A DNA stretch of 64,000 bases. It comes from Candidatus Multivoradales bacterium. Its GTDB lineage: Bacteria; Acidobacteriota; Thermoanaerobaculia; Multivoradales; JAHEKO01. Of this stretch, positions 49,871-63,246 are shown in pieces. Both the position numbers and the translations under genes were made by a program. Under the pieces are notes generated by a model that ran no database searches, was not told the DNA's origin, and saw only the letters and a program-made list of their open reading frames with translations. The stretch spans positions 1,216,001 to 1,280,000 of the forward strand of contig CBDCVR010000015.1 in the NCBI GenBank assembly GCA_965223155.1. The letters are read 5' to 3'. The first letter of the stretch is position 1, and each line of letters starts with the position of its first letter.

Positions 49871-50778
49871 CCGGCTGGCGGCGCCAGGCGTCGCGGAGGC
49901 TCGGGCTGGCGCCGCTCCTGGCGCTCGTGGCCTGCCTGGGCTGCTCTAGAGAACGCGAGCGGCCGCCCGCTTCGGATGCCCGATCGGAAGCCGCGCAAGC
50001 TACCCCCCAACGAGTCATCGCAATCGCACCGGCGGTGGTCGAGAGCGTCTTTGCCGCCGGCTTCGGCGATCGTCTGGTCGGCGTGGGCGACTACGCCGCC
50101 TGGCCGGAGGAGGTCGCCGGGCTCCCCAGGATCGGTGGCCTCTACGATCCACGCTTCGAAACCATCGCCGCCCTGGAGCCGGATCTGGCGATCCTTCTCC
50201 CGAGCGAGTCCGAGCTGGCGGCGTCGCTCGAACGGCTGGGCGTCGAGATCCAGATCGTGCCCCACGAGACGATCGCCGACGTCCGCCAAGCGCTGGTGGC
50301 GATCGCCAGCCGCCTCGGCGATCCGGAGGCCGGCCGCGCGGCGGCCCGCTCGCTCGAGGCTTCGCTGGCTCGGCGTGAGCCTCCGCTCGAGGCCGAGGTC
50401 CTGATGGCGGTGGCTCGGGATGCCGGCCGCGCCGAGGAGATCTACGCCGCCGGCCCCGAGACCTTCCTGGGCGAGCTTCTGAGCCGGCTGGGCGCGGCCA
50501 ACGCCGTCCGGGATCTGCCTGGGCTCTATCCGCGCCTGGCTTTCGAGGAGGCGGTGGCTCGCCGGCCGGAAGTGGTGCTCGAGCTGGTGCCGGAGCCCGT
50601 GACCGAGGACCGCGCGAACGCCTGGCGCTCGGACTGGCGACGGCTGGCGGTCGGGGGCGCGGCTCCGTGTGTGCAGATCGTCGACGGCAGTCACGTGCTG
50701 CTGCCCGGGCCGCGGCTGGACCGGCTCTACCGGGACCTCGAGCAAGCGCTCGAAGCTTGCGCGGGCGCGGAGCAATGA
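49867..50778 (+). CDS. btuF: cobalamin ABC substrate-binding lipoprotein
   Basis: Lipobox LGC; RVIAIAP...E.VF..G....LVGV; P.FE.IAAL.PD; PGPR. Confidence 0.82.
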   Translation: MTGWRRQASRRLGLAPLLALVACLGCSRERERPPASDARSEAAQATPQRVIAIAPAVVESVFAAGFGDRLVGVGDYAAWPEEVAGLPRIGGLYDPRFETIAALEPDLAILLPSESELAASLERLGVEIQIVPHETIADVRQALVAIASRLGDPEAGRAAARSLEASLARREPPLEAEVLMAVARDAGRAEEIYAAGPETFLGELLSRLGAANAVRDLPGLYPRLAFEEAVARRPEVVLELVPEPVTEDRANAWRSDWRRLAVGGAAPCVQIVDGSHVLLPGPRLDRLYRDLEQALEACAGAEQ

Positions 50779-51554
50779 GCCCGCTTCTCGAAGCCCGGGT
50801 GGGCTACGAGGTCTCGGGCCGGGCCCTGGTCGAGGACGTGGCCCTGGAAGTCCCGGCGGGGGAGAGCCTCGCCATCGTGGGACCGAACGGAGCGGGCAAG
50901 ACGACCCTGGTGCGGCTTCTGGCGGGACTCCTCGAGCCCACGAGCGGGGCCGTACGTCTCGAGGGCAGGTCTCTTGGCGAGTATCCGCGGCGGCAGCTGG
51001 CCCGCAGGCTCGCCTACGTGCCCCAGCTCGCCGACGGCAGTCCGGGCTTGACCGTGCGCGAGGCGGTGCTCCTGGGCCGCTATCCTCGCCGCACCGGTTG
51101 GGCCGGCGGCTACGGACGGCGCGACTACGAGATCGTGCGCCGGGTCCTGGAGCGGGTCGAGCTGGATCGGGCCGGCGAGCGCCAGGTCGAGAGGCTCTCC
51201 GGTGGCGAGCGCCAGGCGGTGGCGATTGCCGCCGCCCTGGCCCAGGAGCCCGAGGTCCTGCTTCTGGATGAGCCCACGACCTACCTCGACCCCGGCCATC
51301 AACGGCGAGTGGCGAGCCTCCTGGCCGCGCTTGCCGAGGCCGGGACGACGATCGTCTTCGCCAGTCACGATCTGAACCTGGCGCTGGCGCTTGCCGGGCG
51401 CGTGGCAGCGCTTCGGGCGGGGCGGCTCCAGGCGGCGGGGCCGACCACCGAGGTGTTGACGCCCGAGTTTCTGGCCGATCTCTACGGGGCCCGCTTTTAC
51501 CCCTTGGCCGGCGGCCCGGTGGCGCGGGTCTACTTCGACCTGGTGGACGCGTGA
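50775..51554 (+). CDS. btuD: ABC ATPase (BtuD/FecE type)
   Basis: GPNGAGKT, LSGGERQ, LLLDEPT, SHDLN. Confidence 0.88.
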   Translation: MSPLLEARVGYEVSGRALVEDVALEVPAGESLAIVGPNGAGKTTLVRLLAGLLEPTSGAVRLEGRSLGEYPRRQLARRLAYVPQLADGSPGLTVREAVLLGRYPRRTGWAGGYGRRDYEIVRRVLERVELDRAGERQVERLSGGERQAVAIAAALAQEPEVLLLDEPTTYLDPGHQRRVASLLAALAEAGTTIVFASHDLNLALALAGRVAALRAGRLQAAGPTTEVLTPEFLADLYGARFYPLAGGPVARVYFDLVDA

Positions 51555-52534
51555 GGCGCGGCCGGGTCTTTCTCGCCGCGGCGCTCGTGGCCTGGCTGGC
51601 GGTTCTGGCCGTGGGGCCGTTCGTGGGCTCGCACGACGTCGGTCTGGCCGAGCTCTCGTCCGGCGACGAGCTGGCCGCAACGATCATCTGGAAGCTTCGG
51701 GTGCCGCGGCTGCTCCTGGCGCTCTTGGCGGGTGGGGCATTGGCGGTCTGCGGGGCGGTCTTCCAAAGCCTGTTTCGCAATCCGCTGGCCGAGCCCTACA
51801 CTCTGGGCGTAGCCGGCGGCGCGGCCCTGGGCGCGGTCTCGGCGCAGCTTCTCGCGACGAGTCTGGGCGAGGCGGTGCCGGGCTTGCCGACGGCGTGGAT
51901 CGTGCCCGCGGCAAGCTTCGCCGGCGCCTTGGCCGCGAGCGCCATCGTCATCACGGTCGCCCGCCGGCAGAGCACTTCGACGCTGCTCTTGGCCGGGGTG
52001 GCGGTAGCACTTTCCTCGTCGGCCTTGATCCTCTTTCTCCAGTACCTGGCCGACTATTCGAAGACGTTCCGAATGGTGCGCTGGATGATGGGCGGGCTCG
52101 CCGTTGTCGGCTACGCTCCCGTTCTGTGGCTGGCGGCGTGGGTGCTCGCCGGGGTGGCGGCTCTCTACGGCATGCGCCACGAGCTGGATCAAGTCCTCGT
52201 GGGCGAGGAGCTGGCGGTCAGCCGCGGCGTTCGGCTGGCTTCCTTGCGCATGCGGGTCGTTGCCGTCAGCTCGGTCGTCATCGGAGCGCTGGTGGCGGTG
52301 ACCGGGCCGATCGGGTTCGTAGGCTTGATCGTGCCGCACTGGGTACGGCGGGGACTCGGCTGGCGCCATGGCCTCGTCCTGCCGGCGTCGTTTCTGACCG
52401 GCGGCGTGTTCTTGGGATTCTGCGATGTTCTGGCCCGGCGCCTGCTGGCGCCCGCGGATTTGCCGGTCGGGGTGCTGACGGCGATCGTGGGCGGTCCGTT
52501 TTTTCTCTGGCTGCTGCTGCGCCGTCGCCTCTAG
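51551..52534 (+). CDS. btuC: ABC permease (BtuC/FecCD type)
   Basis: LRVPR, Q.LFRNPLAEPY.LGV, GPIGFVGLIVPH, LPVG..TA..G.PFF. Confidence 0.9.
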   Translation: MRRGRVFLAAALVAWLAVLAVGPFVGSHDVGLAELSSGDELAATIIWKLRVPRLLLALLAGGALAVCGAVFQSLFRNPLAEPYTLGVAGGAALGAVSAQLLATSLGEAVPGLPTAWIVPAASFAGALAASAIVITVARRQSTSTLLLAGVAVALSSSALILFLQYLADYSKTFRMVRWMMGGLAVVGYAPVLWLAAWVLAGVAALYGMRHELDQVLVGEELAVSRGVRLASLRMRVVAVSSVVIGALVAVTGPIGFVGLIVPHWVRRGLGWRHGLVLPASFLTGGVFLGFCDVLARRLLAPADLPVGVLTAIVGGPFFLWLLLRRRL

Positions 52535-52663
52535 CTTGGCTTCTTCACCGCATCCCGCGGATGATGAAGGGCCGTATCCTGCGCGAAGACCAGGCCAGGC
52601 CAGGCCAGACGGGGCGATCGTCTTTCGGAGTCCGAGCTCGGCATGTGCGACGATTGTCGCGTC

Positions 52664-53482
52664 ATGACCGGCTGGTTGACCAGACTCGAGCTCGAGGACG
52701 GTGCGGCCTGGGTGCTCGCCGAGTCCGGGTCCGGAGAGCGCCGGATCTCGGTTCTGGAAGGCGAGCCACAGGGTCCGCCTTCAAGGTGGCTCCGGCGTGG
52801 GCCGCCGCCGGCGCTTGCCGTCACCTGGGATGCCACGCCCAGCTTTGCCGGCCGTCACCTGCCGCCGGTTCGTCCCTCGAAGATCGTGGGTATCGGCAGG
52901 AGCTATCGCGAGCATGCGGTCGAGCTGGGCAACGAGCCGCCGGCCGAACCGCTCGTCTTCCTCAAGGCGCCTTCGAGTCTTCTGCCTTCAGGCGGCGTCC
53001 TGCGCCTGCCCGAAGCGAGCGCACAAGTCGAGTACGAGGGAGAGCTGGCCCTGGTCGTGGGCTCGGTCATGACCGCGGTCGCGCCAGCCGAGGTGCCGGA
53101 CCGCCTCTTGGGGGTGACCCTGGCCTGTGACTGCACGGCCCGGGATCTTCAGCGCCGGGACCGGACCTTCGCCCGCGCCAAGTCGTTCGACACCTTCTGT
53201 CCGCTGGGCCCGGCGATCCGGCTGGATCCGGACTGGGATTCGCTGACGCTCACCACCCGGGTCAACGGCGACGAGCGCCAGAGCGGCCACGTCTCCGAGC
53301 TGACCTGGACGCTCTTCGAGCTCGCCAGCTACGTCTCCCACGTGATGACCCTCGAGCCCGGCGACGTCCTCCTGACCGGGACCCCGCCCGGCGTGGGCGC
53401 CCTCGAGCCCGGCGCCGAGGTCGAGATCGCAAGCGGCCAGATCGGCTCCTTGCGCTTCACCGCCGGCGAGCGCGAGAGCTGA
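52664..53482 (+). CDS. fumarylacetoacetate hydrolase family protein
   Basis: PSKIVGIG.SY..H..E, FLK, YEGELA, TARDLQ, AKSFDTFCP.GP, GDVLLTGTP. Confidence 0.9.
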   Translation: MTGWLTRLELEDGAAWVLAESGSGERRISVLEGEPQGPPSRWLRRGPPPALAVTWDATPSFAGRHLPPVRPSKIVGIGRSYREHAVELGNEPPAEPLVFLKAPSSLLPSGGVLRLPEASAQVEYEGELALVVGSVMTAVAPAEVPDRLLGVTLACDCTARDLQRRDRTFARAKSFDTFCPLGPAIRLDPDWDSLTLTTRVNGDERQSGHVSELTWTLFELASYVSHVMTLEPGDVLLTGTPPGVGALEPGAEVEIASGQIGSLRFTAGERES

Positions 53483-53534
53483 AACCCGGTGCCCGAGCGG
53501 ACGGGCCTCGGACCGGATACGATCGGCGCGACGT

Positions 53535-53744
53535 ATGAAAGCGCGGATGGTCTATTGCCTGTTGGTCGGCGTGGGGGTGGCGGTGGCGCTCGCCTGGCTT
53601 CGGGGCCATGTCTGGCAGCACGCCATGCTAGTCGGACTCGCGGTCGCCGCTCTCGTCTACAGCATCCTCCGGGCCACCGACAATCTCCGCATGGCGGCCC
53701 GGCAGCCGGCGCCATGGGACGAGGAGGAGGCCGGCGACGAGTAA
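53535..53744 (+). CDS. small membrane protein
   Basis: 69 aa with two hydrophobic helices and an acidic tail. Confidence 0.6.
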   Translation: MKARMVYCLLVGVGVAVALAWLRGHVWQHAMLVGLAVAALVYSILRATDNLRMAARQPAPWDEEEAGDE

Positions 53745-53846
53745 GGCGTGCACGAGGCCGCCGAAGTCCCAGCCGGTAAAGAGCAGGACCAGCCAAATGG
53801 CGATCGCGAGAGTGGCGCCGAAGATGCGTCGATCCAAGGCCGACAT
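53628..53846 (-). CDS. small membrane protein (lmo0937/DUF5670-like)
   Basis: MSALDRRIFGATLAIAIWLVLLFTGWDFGGLVHALLVAGLLLVPW; GGL.H.LLV pattern recalled from that family. Confidence 0.45.
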   Translation of the reverse strand: MSALDRRIFGATLAIAIWLVLLFTGWDFGGLVHALLVAGLLLVPWRRLPGRHAEIVGGPEDAVDESGDRESD

Positions 53847-53970
53847 CGTCACCAGGCTACCAGCGTGGCGGATCGCCGGCCAAGTCGCCTGCGGCATCGT
53901 GGGTGTCTGGGGCCGGGAGGCGGGGACGAAGCGCGCCAGGAACGCGCCTAGACGCTCGGCCGGCGGCAAC

Positions 53971-54453
53971 GTGCCGAGGGTCCCAAAGTTCCGGTGGCGC
54001 CGGTGGGGCTGGACTCTGGTCCTCGCGCTCACGGCTCTGGCGTGCTCGCCGCCGGTAGCCGAGGACGGAGCCCGGACGCTCGAGCCGCTCGAGACCGAGG
54101 AGGTGGGCGCCGCGATCGACGCCGAGCTCTCGATCGCGGACGACGCCGAGGGCCGCCGCGTGGCGGACCGGTCGGCCGGGGTCTTGCCCAGCGGCCTGCC
54201 CCCGGGCTTGCCGCTGCCGGACGCCTACTCGGTGATTGGATTCTCCGAGCCCGGAGAGCGCCCCCGCTACGTCGAGCTGGTCGTTCCAAGGACGGTCGAG
54301 AGGCTCCGCCGGGATTGGCTGGCGGCTCTCAGGGGCGCGGGATGGGCTGTTTCCGGGAGCGGCGCCGACGTTACCGCCAAGAAGGCAGGGCACCGCTTGG
54401 CGATCCGGATGCACCCGGCCGAGTCCGCGAGCCGCCTTCGCATCGAGTACTGA
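53971..54453 (+). CDS. hypothetical lipoprotein
   Basis: Basic N-terminus, hydrophobic stretch, lipobox LAC; LPSGLP..LPLP; start uncertain. Confidence 0.65.
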   Translation: MPRVPKFRWRRWGWTLVLALTALACSPPVAEDGARTLEPLETEEVGAAIDAELSIADDAEGRRVADRSAGVLPSGLPPGLPLPDAYSVIGFSEPGERPRYVELVVPRTVERLRRDWLAALRGAGWAVSGSGADVTAKKAGHRLAIRMHPAESASRLRIEY

Positions 54454-54472
54454 CGGAGTTGGGGAGGTCGAG

Positions 54473-54730
54473 ATGTTGCCACGACGTAGGAACGCTCCGG
54501 TCGGGCTCTCAGGCCTGGGGATGGAGCTCGCGGCGGCGGTCGTGGGCTTCTCCCTCCTGGGGTACTGGATCGACCGGCGCTTCGAGACCGAGCCCTGGGG
54601 AATTCTCATCTGCGCCTTCATCGGAATCGTGGGGGGGCTCTACAACTTTGTGCTTGCCGCCCGCCAGGCCATGGAGCGGACGGCCGAGGGCGGGGGCATG
54701 GACTCGCCTGGGGACTCAGACGCAGCGTGA
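54473..54730 (+). CDS. AtpZ/AtpI family small membrane protein
   Basis: G.ELA..VV....LGYWIDRRF.T.PW......IG...G.YN; GGAGG RBS; head of the atp operon. Confidence 0.85.
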   Translation: MLPRRRNAPVGLSGLGMELAAAVVGFSLLGYWIDRRFETEPWGILICAFIGIVGGLYNFVLAARQAMERTAEGGGMDSPGDSDAA

Positions 54731-54754
54731 GCAAGCGGCAAGGTGCGAGACCTC

Positions 54755-55147
54755 ATGAGTGAGGCTCCGGCTCGATTCCGGTTCGGCCGGTTTCTCGGCG
54801 TGGCGGCGTTGACCACCGCTCTTCTGACCGCAGCCGGCTTCGTCTGGGCGCGCTCCGCGGGGACCGGGGCCCGCGCCGCCATGCTCCTGGGCTGCTGGAT
54901 TCCCTTCGTGGCCTCGATCCTGGCGGCGGTGCCGCTCTTGTGGCCCGCCGCCAAGCCCGCCGGGGCGGCCTCGCAGTTTCTGGCCTCGATGGGTGTGCGC
55001 CTGATGGCGGTGGGGCTCTTGGCGTTTGCCGCCGGCCGTGTTTTCGAGCCGCCCACGGGCCCGTTCGTGGGCTGGCTCCTGGTCGCCTACCTGGCCTTGC
55101 TGGCGGTGGATACGGCCTTTGTCGTCAAGCTCTTTCGGAGCTTGTGA
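54755..55147 (+). CDS. AtpI-like four-TM protein
   Basis: Four hydrophobic segments with a conserved-looking M.VRL; lies directly before atpB. Confidence 0.65.
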   Translation: MSEAPARFRFGRFLGVAALTTALLTAAGFVWARSAGTGARAAMLLGCWIPFVASILAAVPLLWPAAKPAGAASQFLASMGVRLMAVGLLAFAAGRVFEPPTGPFVGWLLVAYLALLAVDTAFVVKLFRSL

Positions 55148-55170
55148 AAACCGTCACAAGCCGCTATACT
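55140..55170 (+). promoter_or_regulatory. internal atpB promoter overlapped by a Rex/CRP-type palindrome
   Basis: GCTTGTGA-AAACCG-TCACAAGC perfect 8-6-8 inverted repeat; TTGTGA-17 bp-TATACT. Confidence 0.65.
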
Positions 55171-55260
55171 CCACGCCTCAGGACGACAGTCCAGACTTCC
55201 CGACAGATCCGTACTCGCAACGGTCCTCCCAGACAGTACGCCCAACGACTCTCGATCGTT

Positions 55261-56121
55261 ATGAGCAGCAGCCCGCTCGATCACATCGTTCAGCACCCGA
55301 TCGTCCAGCGCGAATTTGACGCCGGCATGTTGACCCCGGAAGGGGTCATCACGGTGATGAGCGATCACATCTTCATGACCATCCTGTCAGGTGCGGTGTT
55401 GTGCCTGGTCTTTCCCTGGGCGATCCGGCGCTCGCGCCGGCAGGGTGAAGGCGAGGAGAAGCTGGTCGCGGGAGGCTTGGCCAACTTGCTCGAAGTGGTT
55501 TGCCAGTACTTGCGCAAGGAAGTGGCCGAGCCCGCCTTGGGCGAGCACACCGACCGCTTCATCAAGTACATCTGGTCGTTGTTCTTTTTCGTTCTGACCA
55601 TCAACATGCTCGGCCTGGTGCCGCTGGGCTCGGTAACGCCGTTGTTCGGGCTTCACCTGGGCGGCACGGCCACAGCCAACATCTGGGTGACGGCGACCCT
55701 GTCGCTCATCACCATGGGCATGATGGTGATCAACGGCCTGCGCCTCGGCGGCATCGAGTACCTCAAGCACTTCAACCCCGGCCCGTGGTGGATGGGTTGG
55801 CTTCTGGTGCCGATCGAGATCGCCGGCGTGTTCGCCAAGATCTTCGCGCTGACCGTGCGGCTTTTCGCCAACATGGTCGCCGGACACATGGTGCTGGCGG
55901 TTCTGGTCGGCTTTATCGCGGCAGCCGGAGCCGTGTCGAGCACGATGGGCTTCGCCATCGCCGTGCCCGTCGTGCTGGGAAGCGTTGCCCTGACCATGCT
56001 CGAGATTTTCGTGGCACTACTCCAGGCGTTTATCTTTACCTTCTTGACGACGCTTTTCATCGGCATGTCCGTGGTCTTTCATCACGACGACGAGCACGCC
56101 GTGGAAGGAGCCGCTCACTAA
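55261..56121 (+). CDS. atpB: F0 ATP synthase subunit a
   Basis: TATANI, PIE, ALTVRLFANMVAGH, EIFVA.LQAFIFT.L. Confidence 0.95.
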   Translation: MSSSPLDHIVQHPIVQREFDAGMLTPEGVITVMSDHIFMTILSGAVLCLVFPWAIRRSRRQGEGEEKLVAGGLANLLEVVCQYLRKEVAEPALGEHTDRFIKYIWSLFFFVLTINMLGLVPLGSVTPLFGLHLGGTATANIWVTATLSLITMGMMVINGLRLGGIEYLKHFNPGPWWMGWLLVPIEIAGVFAKIFALTVRLFANMVAGHMVLAVLVGFIAAAGAVSSTMGFAIAVPVVLGSVALTMLEIFVALLQAFIFTFLTTLFIGMSVVFHHDDEHAVEGAAH

Positions 56122-56247
56122 CCGACGGATTTTTCTATCGCCATGCCCCGAGCAGCGGGTCAAAGGGGCCGCGAGGCGTGACTGCGATGGCGATTCGGAA
56201 CGGCTGCCCGGCCCGCGGGCGGCAAGAGACCTGAAAGGACAGGACAC

Positions 56248-56592
56248 ATGACCAAGAACTTTTCGAAACTGACTCTCGGTCTGATTCTCGCCGGGCTGGC
56301 CATGCTGCTGGTGCCGGGTGCTCCGGCCCTCGCGGCCGAGGGCGCGGGTGTTAGCGACGGGGGCAGCCTGCTCACCACGCTCGGCGCCACCAAGCTGGGC
56401 AACGCCATCGGCGCCGGCCTGGTGATCATGGGCGCGGCGGCCGGCATCGGCCGGATCGGCGGCAGCGCGGTCGAGTCGATGGCTCGGCAGCCCGAGGTCG
56501 CCGGCCAGATCTTCACCCCGATGATCATCACCGCGGCGCTGATCGAAGGCGCGACCTTCTTCGCGCTCATCGTTATCTGGTTCGCCAAGTAG
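56248..56592 (+). CDS. atpE: F0 ATP synthase subunit c
   Basis: GAGL...GA..GIG.IG, ARQPE loop, ALIEG. Confidence 0.95.
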   Translation: MTKNFSKLTLGLILAGLAMLLVPGAPALAAEGAGVSDGGSLLTTLGATKLGNAIGAGLVIMGAAAGIGRIGGSAVESMARQPEVAGQIFTPMIITAALIEGATFFALIVIWFAK

Positions 56593-56604
56593 CGACCCGA
56601 ACCG

Positions 56605-57189
56605 ATGCGCACGATGCAACTTGCGGTCGCGTCGCTCGGCGCGGCTTGGCTCGCCGCCTCTCCCGCCCTCGCGGCGGAGGGCGGCGACGCCAACATCTTT
56701 GCCGGCGATCTCGGCAACGCGATCTGGACCGTCGTCATCTTTGTGGTGGTCCTGCTCGTCCTGGGCAAGTACGCCTGGGGGCCGATGCTCGACACGCTCC
56801 AGAAGCGGGAAGAGTTCATCCGCGACTCCCTGGCGACCGCCAAGAAGGAGCGGGACGAAGCCGAGACGCGCATCGCCGAGTACACCAAGAAGCTCGACGA
56901 TGCGCGGGCCGAGGCCTCGGAGATCGTCGAGGAAGGCCGGCGCGACGCGGAGGAAGTCCGGCGCCGCATCGAGGAAGAGGCTCGGCACGAGTCGGACAAG
57001 ATCCTCGACCGCGCCAAGCGTGAGATCGACCTGGCCAAGCAGACCGCGGTCAAGGAGCTCTACGCGACCAGCGCCACGCTGGCCACGGACATGGCTTCGA
57101 AGATCCTCCAGCGTGAAGTGTCGGCGGCGGATCAGGAGCGCCTGATCGAGCAGTCGCTGGCCGAGCTGGACGGCCTCGAGTCGAACTGA
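56605..57189 (+). CDS. atpF: F0 ATP synthase subunit b
   Basis: WT...F..LL.VL.KYAWGP....L..RE..I, long charged helix. Confidence 0.93.
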   Translation: MRTMQLAVASLGAAWLAASPALAAEGGDANIFAGDLGNAIWTVVIFVVVLLVLGKYAWGPMLDTLQKREEFIRDSLATAKKERDEAETRIAEYTKKLDDARAEASEIVEEGRRDAEEVRRRIEEEARHESDKILDRAKREIDLAKQTAVKELYATSATLATDMASKILQREVSAADQERLIEQSLAELDGLESN

Positions 57190-57209
57190 GGCCGGCCGAG
57201 GAACGGATT

Positions 57210-57809
57210 TTGAGCAGCCGCACCCGATTCGACGAGCGAGAGCTGGCCGTGGCGCGTCTCTACGCGGGATCGGCCCTGGGTCTCGCCAGCGATCCGGAGG
57301 CCTTGCTCGAAGAGCTGGCCGGGATTGGTGAGCTTTTGGACCGGAATCCCGACGTCGAAGCGGCTCTGGCTTCGCCCCTGGTCGATGCCGCGGCCCGCCG
57401 CTCGCTTGTCGAAACGGCCTTTCGGGGGCGCCTGGACGACGTCCTGGTCAACACCTTTCAGGTCATGAACCGGAAGGGTCGATTGGGCCTCCTGCGCGCC
57501 TTCATCGAGGGGTTCCGGCTGGAGCTCGAGGCGGCCCAGGGGCTGACCGAGGTCGAGGTGGTCACCGCCACCGGACTCTCGGACGCCCAGCGCCGGCGTA
57601 CCGAAGAGGTCGCGGCGAGTTGGGTGGGCGGCAAGGTCCGCCTCCTCGAAGAAGTCGATGAAACCGTCCTCGGCGGCATGATGCTCAAGGCCGGGGATCG
57701 CAAGCTCGACCGCACCGTGGCGCGGGAGCTCGAGACCGTCGGAGAGAGACTCTTCGAACGGGCCTCGCAGAAAGTACAGGAGCTCGCCGCGCGGGCAGCA
57801 GACGCCTGA
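57210..57809 (+). CDS. atpH: F1 ATP synthase subunit delta
   Basis: VARLYA, KGRL, V.TA..L, VD..VLGG...K.GD...D; TTG start. Confidence 0.9.
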   Translation: MSSRTRFDERELAVARLYAGSALGLASDPEALLEELAGIGELLDRNPDVEAALASPLVDAAARRSLVETAFRGRLDDVLVNTFQVMNRKGRLGLLRAFIEGFRLELEAAQGLTEVEVVTATGLSDAQRRRTEEVAASWVGGKVRLLEEVDETVLGGMMLKAGDRKLDRTVARELETVGERLFERASQKVQELAARAADA

Positions 57810-57835
57810 ACCCAGGCGATTGGAGAACGTAGGCA

Positions 57836-59566
<1,731 letters not shown>

Positions 59567-59628
59567 TCCCGAGTCGGACCTTCCCAGGTTCCTCGAACCC
59601 ACCCGAGTTGTATTTCCAGAGCTGACCC

Positions 59629-62053
<2,425 letters not shown>

Positions 62054-62062
62054 CGGCTGGCG

Positions 62063-62482
62063 ATGGCGACCGGCTCCAAGACGCTTCCCAAGACGTTCCA
62101 CTGCTCGGTGGTAACGCCCGAGCGGGTGGTGCTCGACTGCGACGCTCGCTTCGTGGCGCTGCCTGCACACGATGGCGAAATCGGTCTGCTGCGCGGGCGC
62201 GCGCCTATCGTCTGCAAGCTCGCCATCGGCCGCTTGCGGGTCGAAACCGCCGAGGGCGAGCAGGCGTTCTACATTGACGGTGGCTTTGCCGAGATGGCCG
62301 AGAACGACCTCACTGTCCTGACCGAGGACGCCAAGAGCGCCGAGGAACTGGACCGTGCCGCCGCGGAAGAGGCCCTGGCGGTGGCGAAGGCGCTCGACAC
62401 GGGCGACGAGCACGCCCAGCGCGAGAAGGAAAAGGCGATCGCCCGAGCCCGCGTCCAGCTCCGCATGCTGGCCCGCGCCTAG
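62063..62482 (+). CDS. atpC: F1 ATP synthase subunit epsilon
   Basis: VVTPER, LP..DGEIG.L, GGFAE....LTVL, C-terminal helices. Confidence 0.93.
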   Translation: MATGSKTLPKTFHCSVVTPERVVLDCDARFVALPAHDGEIGLLRGRAPIVCKLAIGRLRVETAEGEQAFYIDGGFAEMAENDLTVLTEDAKSAEELDRAAAEEALAVAKALDTGDEHAQREKEKAIARARVQLRMLARA

Positions 62483-62625
62483 CCTGGATTTCCCGCCCCG
62501 ACATTCGGCCCCCTGGCGCATGCCGGCGTGAGAAGCCCAGGCTGGCCGATCAAGTGCCGGGAGGCGCTTCGGCGGCGCCGGGCTCCGCCTCGAGCTCGAA
62601 GCGCGGGCGTCGGGTAGCCTTGGTC

Positions 62626-63246
62626 ATGGCTTCGGAATACGATCCGCTCCGGCTGCGCCCGCCGCTTTCGGGTGACCCGAGCGATCTGGCGCGGGTCGAA
62701 GAGCTCTTTCAGGGAGCGAGCTCGCGCTATCTGCATTCGCCCTGGCCCTGGTTCTCCTGGGCAGTGATCCTGCCCATGGCCGCGTGGCTGACCGCTCGGG
62801 TGGCGACCGGCGCGGGTCCGCTGGCCGTGCTCTTTCTCTGGTCGGCGGCGATTCTTCTCGGCGGCGCGGTCGAGGGCGTGGTACTGGCCCGCGCTCGCCG
62901 GCGGGCGGAAGCGGCGGGCGTCGGCAAGCCCAGCGAGCTCGCGCGCTGGGTCTTTCGCAGTCAAGGTAATGTCTCGGTTCTGGCGGTTGTTCTGACCGCG
63001 GCCTTGGCGCTTCGCGGCGTCTATCAGTTCCTGCCCGGCGTCTGGCTCCTCTTGATCGGTCACTCGCTCTTCTCGATCGGTGGACTGGCATCGCCGGCGC
63101 TGCGCCGGGCGGGACTCCTATACCAGGTCGGCGGAGCGCTATCGCTTCTGCCCTTCTGGAACGGCCTCATCGTCTTCGCCGTCACCACGGCCCTGGCCAA
63201 CGCCAGCGTGGGCTGGGCGCTGGTGCGAAGCGGGCGGGCGGAGTAG
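62626..63246 (+). CDS. multi-pass membrane protein, distant paralogue of 1219-1836
   Basis: FLPGVWLLLIG....IGG resembles LIPGTWLLLYG....SGG; similar length and topology. Confidence 0.72.
   Translation: MASEYDPLRLRPPLSGDPSDLARVEELFQGASSRYLHSPWPWFSWAVILPMAAWLTARVATGAGPLAVLFLWSAAILLGGAVEGVVLARARRRAEAAGVGKPSELARWVFRSQGNVSVLAVVLTAALALRGVYQFLPGVWLLLIGHSLFSIGGLASPALRRAGLLYQVGGALSLLPFWNGLIVFAVTTALANASVGWALVRSGRAE

Noticed and set aside
52590-52609. CCAGG pentamer run between btuC and the FAH gene
   Set aside because: Only about four units, which is plausible by chance at this GC content.
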